From Stegostoma tigrinum (Eukaryota): a stretch of DNA of 64,000 bases. Position numbers and translations under genes: made by a program. The notes below the pieces were generated by a model, which was given only the letters and a program-made list of their open reading frames with translations, made no database searches and was not told the DNA's origin. The stretch lies in contig NC_081357.1 of the NCBI RefSeq assembly GCF_030684315.1, positions 57,461,517-57,525,516 of the forward strand. The letters are read 5' to 3'. Shown piece by piece: positions 1 through 11,190 of the stretch (its first letter is position 1; each line of letters starts with the position of its first letter).

Positions 1-1349
1 CCTCCTCCACCTATTAACACAGTGGCTCCACCCCCATTTTCACCGTACTCATTTGAATACATGTACAATAAAGCTAATTCTAATTCCATATCCAAGGAGG
101 ACAGGAGAGAGTGAAACGTATGCCGGTTTTACACCCAACTACAACTCTCAAGTCTCTACCAGCACCTCCAATGTAATTGTTCCAATATCATTACTTAGCC
201 AAATCTTAATGTCCTGTTTAATATTGGTGGTGCAGAAAGTATTAATTTACGTTACTAGATGTTTGGTACAACTTTACCACAACTTCCTGCACCGGTTGAG
301 GTTACCATGAAAGACTCTTTTTCTCAACCTCTCCCCTTGCTTGAGATGTGGTGTTCCTCAGGTTAAGTCGCCACCAGTCAGCTCACTCTAATGAGAAAGC
401 AGTCATATAGCCGGAAGGACCATAGCAGGTTTACCTTTACAACTTTACCAATGACTAGCCAGGTTTGACTTTTCTTCATTGGTTCAAGGCCCTACTGGAA
501 TATTTGGTACATTGAGCCTCCACTCAAGTTGAGTGGTTCCAAGAACACTTTTCCAGTGTTATAAAATCTCAAGACAACTCCAACAATTCTGCAAAATACC
601 CACTCCTTCCCAATTCTGCTCAATTATAGAGCTTTGCTAGTTGTCGTAAATCCAAAAACTCCCTCCCTGACTCTTCAGGCTTCTACATGTCAGACTCCTA
701 GTCTACTGTTTTGTAAAAAATAAACTACTTGAACAAAGCACAATCACTGACTCAGTTCTCAATTTGACTGTACTTCTCTTTTTCTAATCTGCAATGCATA
801 ACTAGGTTTTTTTTGAAATCAATGTTTTTTGATAGGAACCAGCTGTAAAAAAAGAAATTCAACACTTAGACAGCTCACATGGAAGGATTAAAATGTTTTA
901 ATGTAAAACTTGCTTCAGGAGAAACAAGTTTACCAAAATACATTTTTAGGTATTATTGTTGTATTACTGAAAGGATTTTGTGACTATTTAATATCTATTT
1001 CATGCTATGATTGTAGTTGATGTTAATATTGGACAGAAATCTAGCTTGATGGATCATATTGTGTTTCTCTTTGGTTTTAATGAGGTGGCCCTCTACTGAA
1101 ACACAAGCACACGATGCCTCAGATTTGATTTTTGTAAAACAGAGGTTATTATGCACAATAAATGAAGGTAAAAATGAATAAAGCAAACTATTTATCGCTA
1201 AGAATCCTTTACAGTGCTAAACACCAGACAGAATTCCCTTTCCCAGATACCACAAAGTCTACAGTATTTAGTATCTGTAGTGTCACTACCCCTCCCTTTT
1301 CTCCGTCTTCATCATAACCATTCTCCATCTTATTAAGAATAAGCTTCCT

Positions 1350-2270
1350 AGTGGCATAGACATTGAATACCGAATAGACAGACAAACGTTTCAATCTCAT
1401 CTGGTTGAAATTCAGGGACAAAACACCAACAATGCTTGTGGAACTTCAGTACATGGATAACAATGTCAACTCTTCAGAGGACCATCTTCGAGCTTTGCTT
1501 AATGCCTTTGTGGAAGTATACTGAAGATTGGTCTCAGCCTTAACTTCTAGAAGACTCAAATCCTTGAACCAACCAGTCCCAGGTCAAGTTCTGGTGTATC
1601 CTTCTATTGAAATCATTGGAGAAATCTTCCCAAACATGGAACAGTTTGCCTGCCTGGAAAGCTACCGCTCAACTAAAGTTGACATCGACGTGGAGAGTCA
1701 ACATCTTATCCGATAAGTGAACACTGCCTTCGGATGTCTAACAGTGAGAATCTTTGATGAAGTGACTTCTGGGCTGATGCCAAGATTCTTGTGTATATGG
1801 TAGTTATCCTTCCAATTTCTCTATATGGCTCTGAAACTTGGATCACGTGTCCACACCACCACAAAACCCTGGAGAAGGACCATCTATGCAACTTGAATCA
1901 TCAGCTCAAGGACAGGCATACGAACGTCAGCATTCTTGAAACAGACAACAGCACCAGGATCATGGTCATAACCATCCAAAGTCAACTTTGCTAGGCCTGC
2001 CATGTGCTTAGGACACCTGAGTTCTGACAACCAAAGCAATTTTTCTTCACCCAGCTCAAGAAAGCCAACCAAATGAAAAGTAGACAAAACAAGTGTTTCA
2101 AAAACTTCATGAAGGCTTCCCTCAAGAAATGCAACATAGATGTCAATACATGGAAGACTCTCATTCCAAAGAAACAGACTTGGAGGGAACTCCTGTACAA
2201 AGGGACACAATTATTTGAGAACACCTGTCAGCATGGCGAAATATGGAAAAGGAACTAGAGAGGGGCATAT
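1350..2270 (+). mobile_element. Degenerate RTE (BovB-like) LINE, RT and C-terminal region
   Basis: Interrupted frames give MLVELQYMDN (cf. ELQYADD), KIGLSLN, and VYMVVILPISLYGSETW (cf. RTE VYRAVVLPTLLYGCETW). Also FKNFMKASLKKCNIDVNTWKTL. Confidence 0.8.
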
Positions 2271-2879
2271 CTGTAATGTTGAGGTAAACGACAACTTTTA
2301 CCTCCTGGAAGCACCTGCCAAGTGGCTGGCCAGAGATGTGGCTCTAGGAGCTGGCAAGGACCCAAGGACTAGTGACATCGATATGGACAATCAAATTCAT
2401 CAGTTAGTGATTGTTGACAATGATAGTACTTAACAAACGCTTCAATTCCCAGTTTTGAGAAACTGATAGCCTCTATGAGTTTTCATAAAAATAAGCTTAG
2501 ATTTTCTCAGCTTCAAATAACCCTTTCAGCATTTTAACTAAATATTGCTGGTCTGGAACTTTCAAACTAAACTCCTAACACTGAGGTAATGCTTTTCAAA
2601 AATTTTAGAAAGACAGCATTGTTTTTATTTTTTTTTGCTTGATTAAAATAGATTGTTTTGATGATAAAAAGAGATTGTGCAAAGGATTACTGAACTTTAA
2701 CAGTGAGTACCTGACACTTACTGGAAGTCCTATTTACATCACTGTTCATTCAAGTTTTAAAGGAGGTTACTACTGGAGTTGGAACCAGGGGATGTGTACA
2801 AAGGGAAATTTGGCTGGCAATAAAGCACTGTTTGGTCAATGGAATGATGACCAATTATTGTCCTTATAACTGCCAAAAA

Positions 2880-3495
2880 CTGTGAGATTAGCTCTCAGGT
2901 AGATATGCAATTTGCGACTAAGCATGTTGGTTCAGAGGCCATTAATTCTCCAAAATGGAAGGAGCTCTCCTTTTCTCCACAGTAAGAAGCGCTTCAAGCC
3001 TGAAGAAAGCCAGTTTGTTTTCTCAACAATTTGCCACTCGCTGTGGCTCTTCACCAATACACTATGCTTTCTGCAAGTAAGTGAAAGTACACAGAGAAGG
3101 AAGTCAAAGAACAGGAGGTCCTGACAAGTCAAAAGGGTTACCTGAGTGAGCCCTAAGGACAAGGGCCAATAAACTGCCTTCTCCATGTTTCCCTCCGCCC
3201 ATGACACCCATAACATTTTTGTATCTGCCTGCTTGTGTGTATAGAGGGCAGTAATGGAGATAAAAGTTGACTGCTCATAATTGTTTATCTGTAGCTAGAA
3301 TCTATTCATTGGTAATGAACAGTCATTTTTGTGAAGTATTAAAATGGTGCCCATGCTTTCTGTCAACCTGGGTCTGAGAGACAGGTACACTTTGGGAAAT
3401 TTTGTGAACTTTTAGGAAATCATTAATTTTTGTGACAATTCTGGGAATTCTGGGATTTCAAGTTCCTGCACACCACTACATCAGAGAGACACAAC
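2880..3495 (+). mobile_element. Possible solo LTR relic
   Basis: Starts TGT and ends ...caaca, with an internal aataaa and a layout resembling fish/shark LTR 3' halves. No internal domain or clear TSD. Confidence 0.3.
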
Positions 3496-4249
3496 AGTTT
3501 TAAACTAACTCCCTTTAAGAGGGAAAAAAAACATTTTGCACATTCGGCTTCGACCATGACTTCTGCAACCTCTAAACCTAAATATATTTCCAAGGCTTTT
3601 GATATTTCCATTAGCCTAAAAAAAACTTCACAGTTCTATATCCTTCTAAATGAAGCCTTCATTGTTTACTTGGTTTGTAGGTTCAAAGCTGTCTTAATGA
3701 AAACAAATTCCCATTAGCCTCCAAAATTCACAGAATTACACATCCCATTTTTTGAACAAACCACTCCTTCTGAAAACCTTACAAATTAATCATTAAACCC
3801 ATCTCAAACACACACCTCAAATCTTAAAAGTCATGAGTTTAAAAACCAAACTCTAAAATGAAGGATACTAAAATATATATGAAGCTCGCACATTACTTCA
3901 CACTAAATGAAACAATGCTGGATACAGCTTTCACTAGGTAGCTTGTGAAGGAATAAGATCAGTCATTAATGGTTTATTTTCTAACACATCAACATTTTCA
4001 TCCCAAAAGTCCATTTTGATAGTTTTGAGCATCTTAAGTGATTAAGAGTTCATCTATCTTGCTGACTAGTGAGCATTCTAAGTCATTCCTAATTTGAACA
4101 TTTGAGGGTGGAGAAGTTTTGAGGGCTTAGCATAATATTGCTGGCAGGAAACTTGGTAACAATAGTTCCATTGAAGGTCAAGACGAGATACCTGAATTTT
4201 TTTATTGTCAAACACAATCGCTATCTGGCACTTGGTGACATCAATGTTA

Positions 4250-5260
4250 CCTGTGACAAATCAGTCTAAGGTCGATGTTATCTAGATCCCACTGTATGGG
4301 GATCTGGATAACATCTGGTCGTATCACATGATAATGGACTCTGCTTGAGGTATCTGCTACTTCTAGACAGAAAATTGTCTGTGTGGTCGAAATGTGAATA
4401 GCAATTTCTTCTGCAATTGGCACAGATGAAGTGCACTGGTCCAGGTTTAACTGGTGTTTCTTCCTTCGGTTGGGCTCTTTTTTCCACCATCTGTTGTTTC
4501 TCCTGTTCTCAACTTTCTCCATGTCTTTTCTGACTTTTCCAGGCACTTCAGTCAGCATTGGCTGATTATCTTGAGGACTCTGTGGTATCTTGTATTGTGG
4601 ACAAGTTGATTTCATGTCAAGTTCATGGGCAGTACGGTACCTCAGGGGTTAGCATTGCTGCATCTCGGTGCCAGGGATTCAGGTTCAATTCCAGACTTGG
4701 GCAACTGTCTCTGTGGAGTTTGCACATTCTCCCTGTTTCTGCATGGGTTTCCTCTGTGTGCTCCAGTTTCATCCACAGTCCAAAGATGTGCAGCTCAGGT
4801 TGATTGGCCATGTTAAATTGTCCGTCGTGTTCAGGGATGCATAGGTTAGGTGGATTAGCCACGGTAAATGTGGGGTTACAGGATACCGTGGAGGGTTGGG
4901 TGGGGTGGGATGCTATGTGGAGGTTTGGTACAGACTCAACAGGCCAAATAGCTTCATTCTGCACTGTACGGATTCTATTCTGTGGTTCAATAGTGAGACC
5001 ATTGAGAAACACGTTTTTGGGATGTGATTGTCGTCCATTCAACTCACAAGATTTCTCATCAATGGGGCTGCTGCACACTCAGGAAGACTGCACACTGGAG
5101 TATACTTGCACCCTAGGATCCTGAGCACTCTGTTTTGCCAGGACATCTTCAATATTTGTCGAAGGCACTGGAGGTGAAAATACTGCTCAGTATCTTTTCT
5201 TGACTCACTAAGTTTGCCACACTTCGCTACTGTACAGGAGGGTGTTGAGAATACAAACCT
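4250..5260 (-). mobile_element. RTE LINE 3' fragment interrupted by a V-SINE
   Basis: Minus-strand peptides QYFHLQCLRQILKMSWQNRV and HFICANCRRNCYSH (terminal zinc knuckle typical of RTE) lie on either side of the SINE. Confidence 0.7.
4627..4990 (+). mobile_element. HE1-type tRNA-derived V-SINE
   Basis: tRNA-like head with B-box ggttcaattcc, V-domain gtggagtttgcacattctccctgtttctgcatgggtttcctc, and CR1-like 3' tail. Confidence 0.9.
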
Positions 5261-5277
5261 GGCATGCACTCAGAGCT

Positions 5278-5496
5278 AGCAGGAACTGCAGATGCTGGAG
5301 AATCTGAGATAACAAGATGTAGAGCTGGATGAACACAGCAGGCCAAGCAGCATCAGAGGAGCAGGAAAGCTGATGTTTCGGGCCTAGATCCTTCTTCAGA
5401 AAAGAAAAGAAGGGTCTCGGCCCGAAACGTCAGGCTTCCTGCTCCTCTGATGCTGCTTGGCCTGCTGTGTTCATCTAGTTCTACACCTTGTTATCT
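5278..5496. mobile_element. Palindromic Penelope pseudo-LTR element with hammerhead-like cores
   Basis: Two inverted ~90-bp arms. Centre holds aagaagggtctcggcccgaaacgtcag on + and ctgaagaaggatctaggcccgaaacatcag on -. Perfect 15-bp TSD catgcactcagagct at 5263-5277 and 5497-5511. Confidence 0.85.
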
Positions 5497-6999
5497 CATG
5501 CACTCAGAGCTTGCAATAATGATTGACGGAGATGGAGGGCAATTGTGCCAGGTTGTTGAAGGGTTAGGGTGACAGATGGGTACCACAAAGGCTCAGGCGA
5601 ATTGCAGGGGTGTGGCAAACAGTCAGGTCAGGAGGAAGTGTGGAAGCACAGTTAATTTGGGTTGGCTGTGTGGATGGGAAGAGAGCAGGTAGGTCTGGTG
5701 GTTGGTGAATCACGCCTGGGATGTGTCTGGGTGGTAATCAGAATTGAGTGTGTCAGTTCCATTGTTAGCCACAGTTAGAACAGGCTTTAATTCCTCTGAC
5801 TTTGCTTAGCTTAAGTTAAAGAAGTTGGGAGCTCTAAAGTTCTCTGACACAGACTCAGAGATGGGGCCTTTATTCAGGAGAGGGGAGGGGGAATTCACAT
5901 GCTGGATAATTGTCCATCGGAGGTTTCAACTTTTTGCACAACTTTCACACAGTTAACTTCATTGGGACTTCCTCATAACCCTGACAGGCAACTTCAGACT
6001 ACACTTCAGCAAAGACCATCTTCCAACTGGAAGATTTGAGTCAATAACCTTACAACCCTCATAACCATAACAACTTACTCTTTGTAATGATGTCAGGAAT
6101 TGAGTTATTTACTTCCAGTTCTATTGTTTAGATTCATTCACTGCCTCTTCAAACATAAGGCAGCCCAGGTCAGCATACAGAACGAGCTGGCTAGCATCCA
6201 AGCTTGGGCTGATCTGAGGTCGCTAATATTTATGTCATAAAAAATGTTTCTGCCAGACTGAGCAGTTGGGGGATGCGGCAGCATCAGCATAAGATTACAA
6301 GACTGACAAAGGAAAGAGATGATCCATAATCATGGCGTTCCAGCAGCCTGTCCACATCAGATGTACTGACCTAATTCCTTCTTCACCAACAACATCTACC
6401 TGGGAATGACAGCACATACCCACATCTGCACTATTTTTCTCCAAATGGAAGTGAGAATTATTGTTAAGTCTAAGTCACTCACAACTGCATTGAGGCTAAA
6501 TATTATTATTAATCACTTTGTAATCCTAATTTATAAATGTCAACAAATAAAATACAAGATATTGTTTTGAGTAAACATCCTGGGAAAAGAAAATGATAAA
6601 AGTATTGCAAATCTAAGAACAAAGCTTAGGTTTCACATATAATTATGCATGGTATTCCATTAACTGATCTAAGCTAACCAACAGTGACGGGCTATTTATC
6701 TTTGACTTCAAACTACCTGGTCTCACTGGGTTTTCAGAATGCATCCATTTCAAACAGAAGACTTGTGTTTAATATCCTTAAGAGTGATTGGGATTCACTG
6801 AATTTCGAATATCTCACCTTCAAATTCAAAGGGAAATTATTAGTCAAATTCAATTTAGGCAAGCACACAACATTTGTGAAGTCTAAGTGATTTCCCTTCC
6901 AGCCTTAACTTATTAAATTTGTAATATTGTTTTAAATTAAGCTTGTTAGAGGGACGTGAACAACAGTATTGTTTTTTTAAAATATTCGTCTAAAATCAC

Positions 7000-7246
7000 T
7001 TCTGCATGGACTGGGGGTATTCTGCAAAATGGTCACCCTGTCTGTGCTTGGTTTCTCTGATGTAGGGCAGGACACATTGGGTGCAGCGAATACACTGCAT
7101 AAGATTGGAGGAGGTACAGGTGAAAGAAAGACTATTTAGGCCATTGGATGTGAGCAGGAAGGAGGTGAAGATGCAGGTATTGCACCTTCTGCGGTTACAT
7201 GGGATGGCAGGGTGTGTTGGTGGTTGGGAAATGGACGAGGGTGTCC
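7000..7246 (-). mobile_element. Penelope-like (Neptune-type) fragment: Cys linker plus GIY-YIG endonuclease start
   Basis: Minus strand reads PCNRRRCNTCIFTS...FTCTSSNLMQCIRCTQCVLPYIRETKHRQGDHFAEY (cf. FTCTSSNLVYCIRC..CGLLYIGETKRRLGDRFAEH). Confidence 0.85.
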
Positions 7247-7748
7247 TGGTAGTTTTGCACCATCGGCTCCTCAGCTAAACACAAACTAACTATCTGAACC
7301 CACAGTTCCTTTCGTACTGAGCAGGATTACTACTGCAACAATACATCATCAATTGGGTAAAACTAACCTGTCTCACGATGGTCTAGATGCAACTCACATT
7401 CCCTATTAGAATGTGAACAATACAATACTCAGTGAACTCTGCCTCATAATGATAGCAAGAGCTGATGCTGAAGGATCAAACGGCGATGTTACACTGAATG
7501 CTTGGTCACCACTAGCCATTTATCCCTGTAGCAACCTTTCCAACACCTCCTGCTTAAAACCCAAAAAGCCAAAAGGATAGGGAGGCCTTGCTTTCACAGT
7601 CCATACCTGTGCTGAAAATCAAGATCAAGTGAGCTTTTGCCCTTCTTTTTGCACAGCATGTTTCTGTCCTCCCTGAGCATACCTGAGGACACTGCTACTT
7701 GTGACAGTTGCACCACCGCAGTTAAACTCCCCAACTGCCACTGTCTCC
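7247..7748 (-). pseudogene. Degenerate 28S rRNA fragment (domain V-VI: peptidyl-transferase centre and sarcin-ricin loop)
   Basis: The plus strand is the reverse complement of conserved 28S: gttcctttcgtactgagcaggattac (SRL), gggtaaaactaacctgtctcacga, gaaggatcaaa, ttatccctgt, ctgaaaatcaagatcaagtgagcttttgcccttc, aaactccccaactg. Many substitutions including CpG decay, and no flanking rDNA. Confidence 0.92.
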
Positions 7749-7759
7749 TAACCTTATAA

Positions 7760-10410
7760 TCGCTAGACTATTAATCCAGAAACTCAGGTAATGTTCTGGG
7801 ACCTGGGTTCGAGTCCTGCCATGGTAGATCGTGGAATTTTAATTCAATCAATATGTAGAATATGAGTCTAATGTCAAAAAAATCTATTGGGTTCACAACA
7901 GTCTTCAGGAAAGGAAATCTGCCATCCTCACCTGGTCCATCCGACGTGTAACACCAGACACAGACCCATAGTTGACTCTCAAATGCCCTCTGAATTGACC
8001 TAGCAAGACACTCATTTGTATCAAATATTATGCAATCTCAACAAAGAAACAAAAGCAGACAGACCACTGGGTATCACCCTAGGCAATAGAAGCATTAATG
8101 GAAAATAGCCCTATTGACAGCATTGCAAGGTTCGCTTTTCTAAAATTTAAGGACTGGAGCCAAAATTGGAAAACTGTCTAATAGACTAGTCAAGCAACAG
8201 CATAACAGAGATACTCAAGGAATTGTGCCTTACAAGGTCCCAGGCACTAACATCACCATTCCTGGATAGGTCCTGTTCCACCGGCAGGATGGACTGAGCA
8301 GAGGAAGTGATATATCGGTGTACAGTTGAGAGGGAGGTGGCCGACGCTTCTTCCACATTTGCTCTGGACCCCAGGAAGTCTCACGGTTTCAGATTAAACA
8401 TGTGCAAGGAAACCCCCTGCAGATCACCACATACTGACCTCCTTCGTCTGACGAATCAGGGCTCCTCAATGTTGAAAAACACATTCAAGAAGCAAGGGGT
8501 GGAAAGGGCACACAATGTACTCTGGGTGGGGGATTTCAGTGCCCACCACCAAGAGAGGCTCAGCAACAGAACTGGTCAGGTCCTGAAGGACATAGCTGCT
8601 AGATTGGGTCTACAGCAGGTGGTGAAAGAACCAATAAGGAGGAAAAACATACTTGATCTCATCCTAATCAATTTGGAAGGTGCAGATGTATTTACCCATG
8701 ACAGAATTGGTAAAAGTGACTACTGCATTGTCCTTGTTGAGACCAAATCCCACCTTCAGATTATGAATACCCTTCGTCCTATAGTGTGGAAACTATCACC
8801 ATGCTAAATGGGACAGACTTCAACAGATCTGACAACTCAAGGCTAGACATCCATGAGGCACTGTGGACTATTAGCAGTAGCAGGATTGTACTCCAACACA
8901 ATATGCAACCTCACAGTTGGCATATTGCCCCATTCTAACATTTCCATCATGTCAGGGGATCAATCCTGGTTCATCAAAGAGTGCAGGAGGGCACTCCAGG
9001 AGCAGCATCAGGCATACCTGAAAATCAGATGTCAATCTGGTGAAGCTACCAAACAGGACTACTTGAATGCCAAACAGCATAAGTAGCGAGTGATAGACAG
9101 GGATAATATATCCGACAAATAATGGATCTGATCAGAGTTCTGTAGTCCTGCCATATCTAGTTGTCAATGTTGATGAGCAGTTAAACAACTCACTGGAGGA
9201 GGATGCTCCACAAATATCCTCATTTCTAATGATGGAAGTGCCCAACACATTAATGCAAAAAGTAAGGCTGAAACATTTCAAGCTTCAGCCAGAAGTGCAG
9301 CGTGGAAGTTCTATCTTGGTCTCCTCCGGAGGTTCCCAACATCACAGGTACCAGTCTTTACACAATTCAATTCACGTGATATCAAGAAATGGTTGGAGGC
9401 ACTGGATATTGTAAAGGCTATGGGCTGTGACAACATTTTTGGCAACTGTGTTGAAGGCTGCTCCAACTCCAGGGTATCTCTGCAGGAGTTCCTTAGGGAA
9501 CTGTCCTAGGTCCAACTATCTTCAGCTGCTTCATCATAAAGTCAGAAGTGAGCATGTTCACTGATGATTGCACAATGTCCTGCACCATTTACAACTCCTC
9601 AGATACTTAAGGCGGTCCATGTTCAAATGCAACAAGATCTGTACAATGTCCAGGCTTGGGCTGACAAGTAGCAAGTAACATTCACAGCACAAAAGTACCA
9701 GACAATGACCATCTCCAATAACAGATAACCTCATCCATGCTCCTTGACATTCAACGGCGTTATCATCACTATACCTCCCACTAAACCCCACGGATTAACC
9801 TTGACCAACAACTCAGCAACAAGAGCAAGTCAGAAGCTAGGAATACTGTAACGAGTAACTCACTGCCTGACTTGCCAAAGCCTCTCCACCATCTATAAGG
9901 AACAAGTCAGAGTACGATGGAATACTCCCCACTAGTCTGGATGAGATCAGCTCCAGCAACACTCAAGAACATTGACACCACTGTACAACACATGTGATTG
10001 GCACCACATCCACAAATATCCACTCCCTCCACCACTAATACTCAGTAGAAACAATGTGTATTGTCTACAAGATGCACTGCAGAAATTCACCGAAGATCCT
10101 TAGGGAGCACTTTCCAAATCCATGATTACTTCTATCTAGAAGGTCAAGGGCAGCAGACACATGGGACTGCCACGACGTGCAAATTCTCCTTGAAGGCACT
10201 TCGCATCCTGACTTGGAAATATATCGCAATCATTCACGAATGCCAGGTTAAAATCCTGGAATTCTCATCCTAATGATTTATCCACAGCACATGGACCATG
10301 TGGTTCAAGAAGGCAACTCCCCAACATCTTTTCAAGGGCAGATGGGTATGGGCAAGAAATGCTGGCCCAGCTCATGATGTCCATTCCATGACAGTGGGAA
10401 AAGAAAGATT
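7760..10410 (+). mobile_element. Decayed CR1/L2-group LINE (APE endonuclease plus RT) with tRNA-SINE-like 5' head
   Basis: ORF 8307-8807 has APE motifs LWVGDFSAHH, NILDLIL and GKSDY. RT relics ~9480-9700 (ggagttccttaggga, atgttcactgatgat cf. MFADD). 3' tail ggttcaagaaggc...aagggca...atgggcaagaaatgctggcc. Head has B-box gggttcgagtcc at ~7805. Confidence 0.85.
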
Positions 10411-10799
10411 TATCTGTAATGGAATTTAGAATGGAATTAAACTTCACATCAGTCATGGCCTAATTGAACTGACTAAGCAGAATAGACTTGACAATCTGAA
10501 CAGCCTACTCCTGTTCCTTTGTAATGGAGAACAGAAGGTATAAACTGTCTTTCTAGAATAGGGTTTGTGCCTCTCTGACTTAGCTATTTGCAGCCTGAAT
10601 CCCATCTAAGTCATTGAAGAAGCTAATTAAAAATCTTGATACCAAATTTCATTTGAAAACAATTTTTAGGCAGCTTTAAGTCTGTTACCCATATAAACTG
10701 CTGTATGCACAATGACTGATGAAACTTTTCTTTATAGAATTGGGTTTCACCTTGTTATTAATATTCTTGAATGTATATATTACACTGAAAAAGACATGA

Positions 10800-11190
10800 T
10801 AATGAAGTTGTCCTTGCACTACCTCACGACTTGCAAAAAAATTAACAGCCACTGAATTACTTCTGAAGTTTAGTCAAAAATTATAATGCAGAAAGGCAGC
10901 TGCCAACGGCATACAGAAATTCTCACAGACAACAATGTGATAACGACTGATAATCTCTCTTCATGATTTTGGTAGAGGGATAAAGGGAAAAGGACACCAA
11001 GAAAAAAATTCTTTTGCACTTTTTCAAATAAAATCAAGATCTTCTATGTCCACCTGAGAGGGCTATGGAAAGCTTTATTTAAACATCTCATCTGGAAGAA
11101 AGCAGCACCAACTCTGCAGCGCTCCATCGGTAATGCACTCTAATATATTAGTTAGCCTGGATGTTGTGCTCAAATCTCAGACTAAGATCT
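10800..11190 (-). mobile_element. Deu-domain SINE (SacSINE1/AmnSINE-like), old copy
   Basis: Reverse complement contains agatgagatgtttaaa...ccctctcaggtggacatagaagatc...ggtgtcc...tttatccctc, matching the recalled Deu domain. Confidence 0.65.

Noticed and set aside
7247-7748. Functional rRNA gene
   Set aside because: Only ~500 nt, heavily substituted at invariant positions, and no 18S, 5.8S or remaining 28S nearby.
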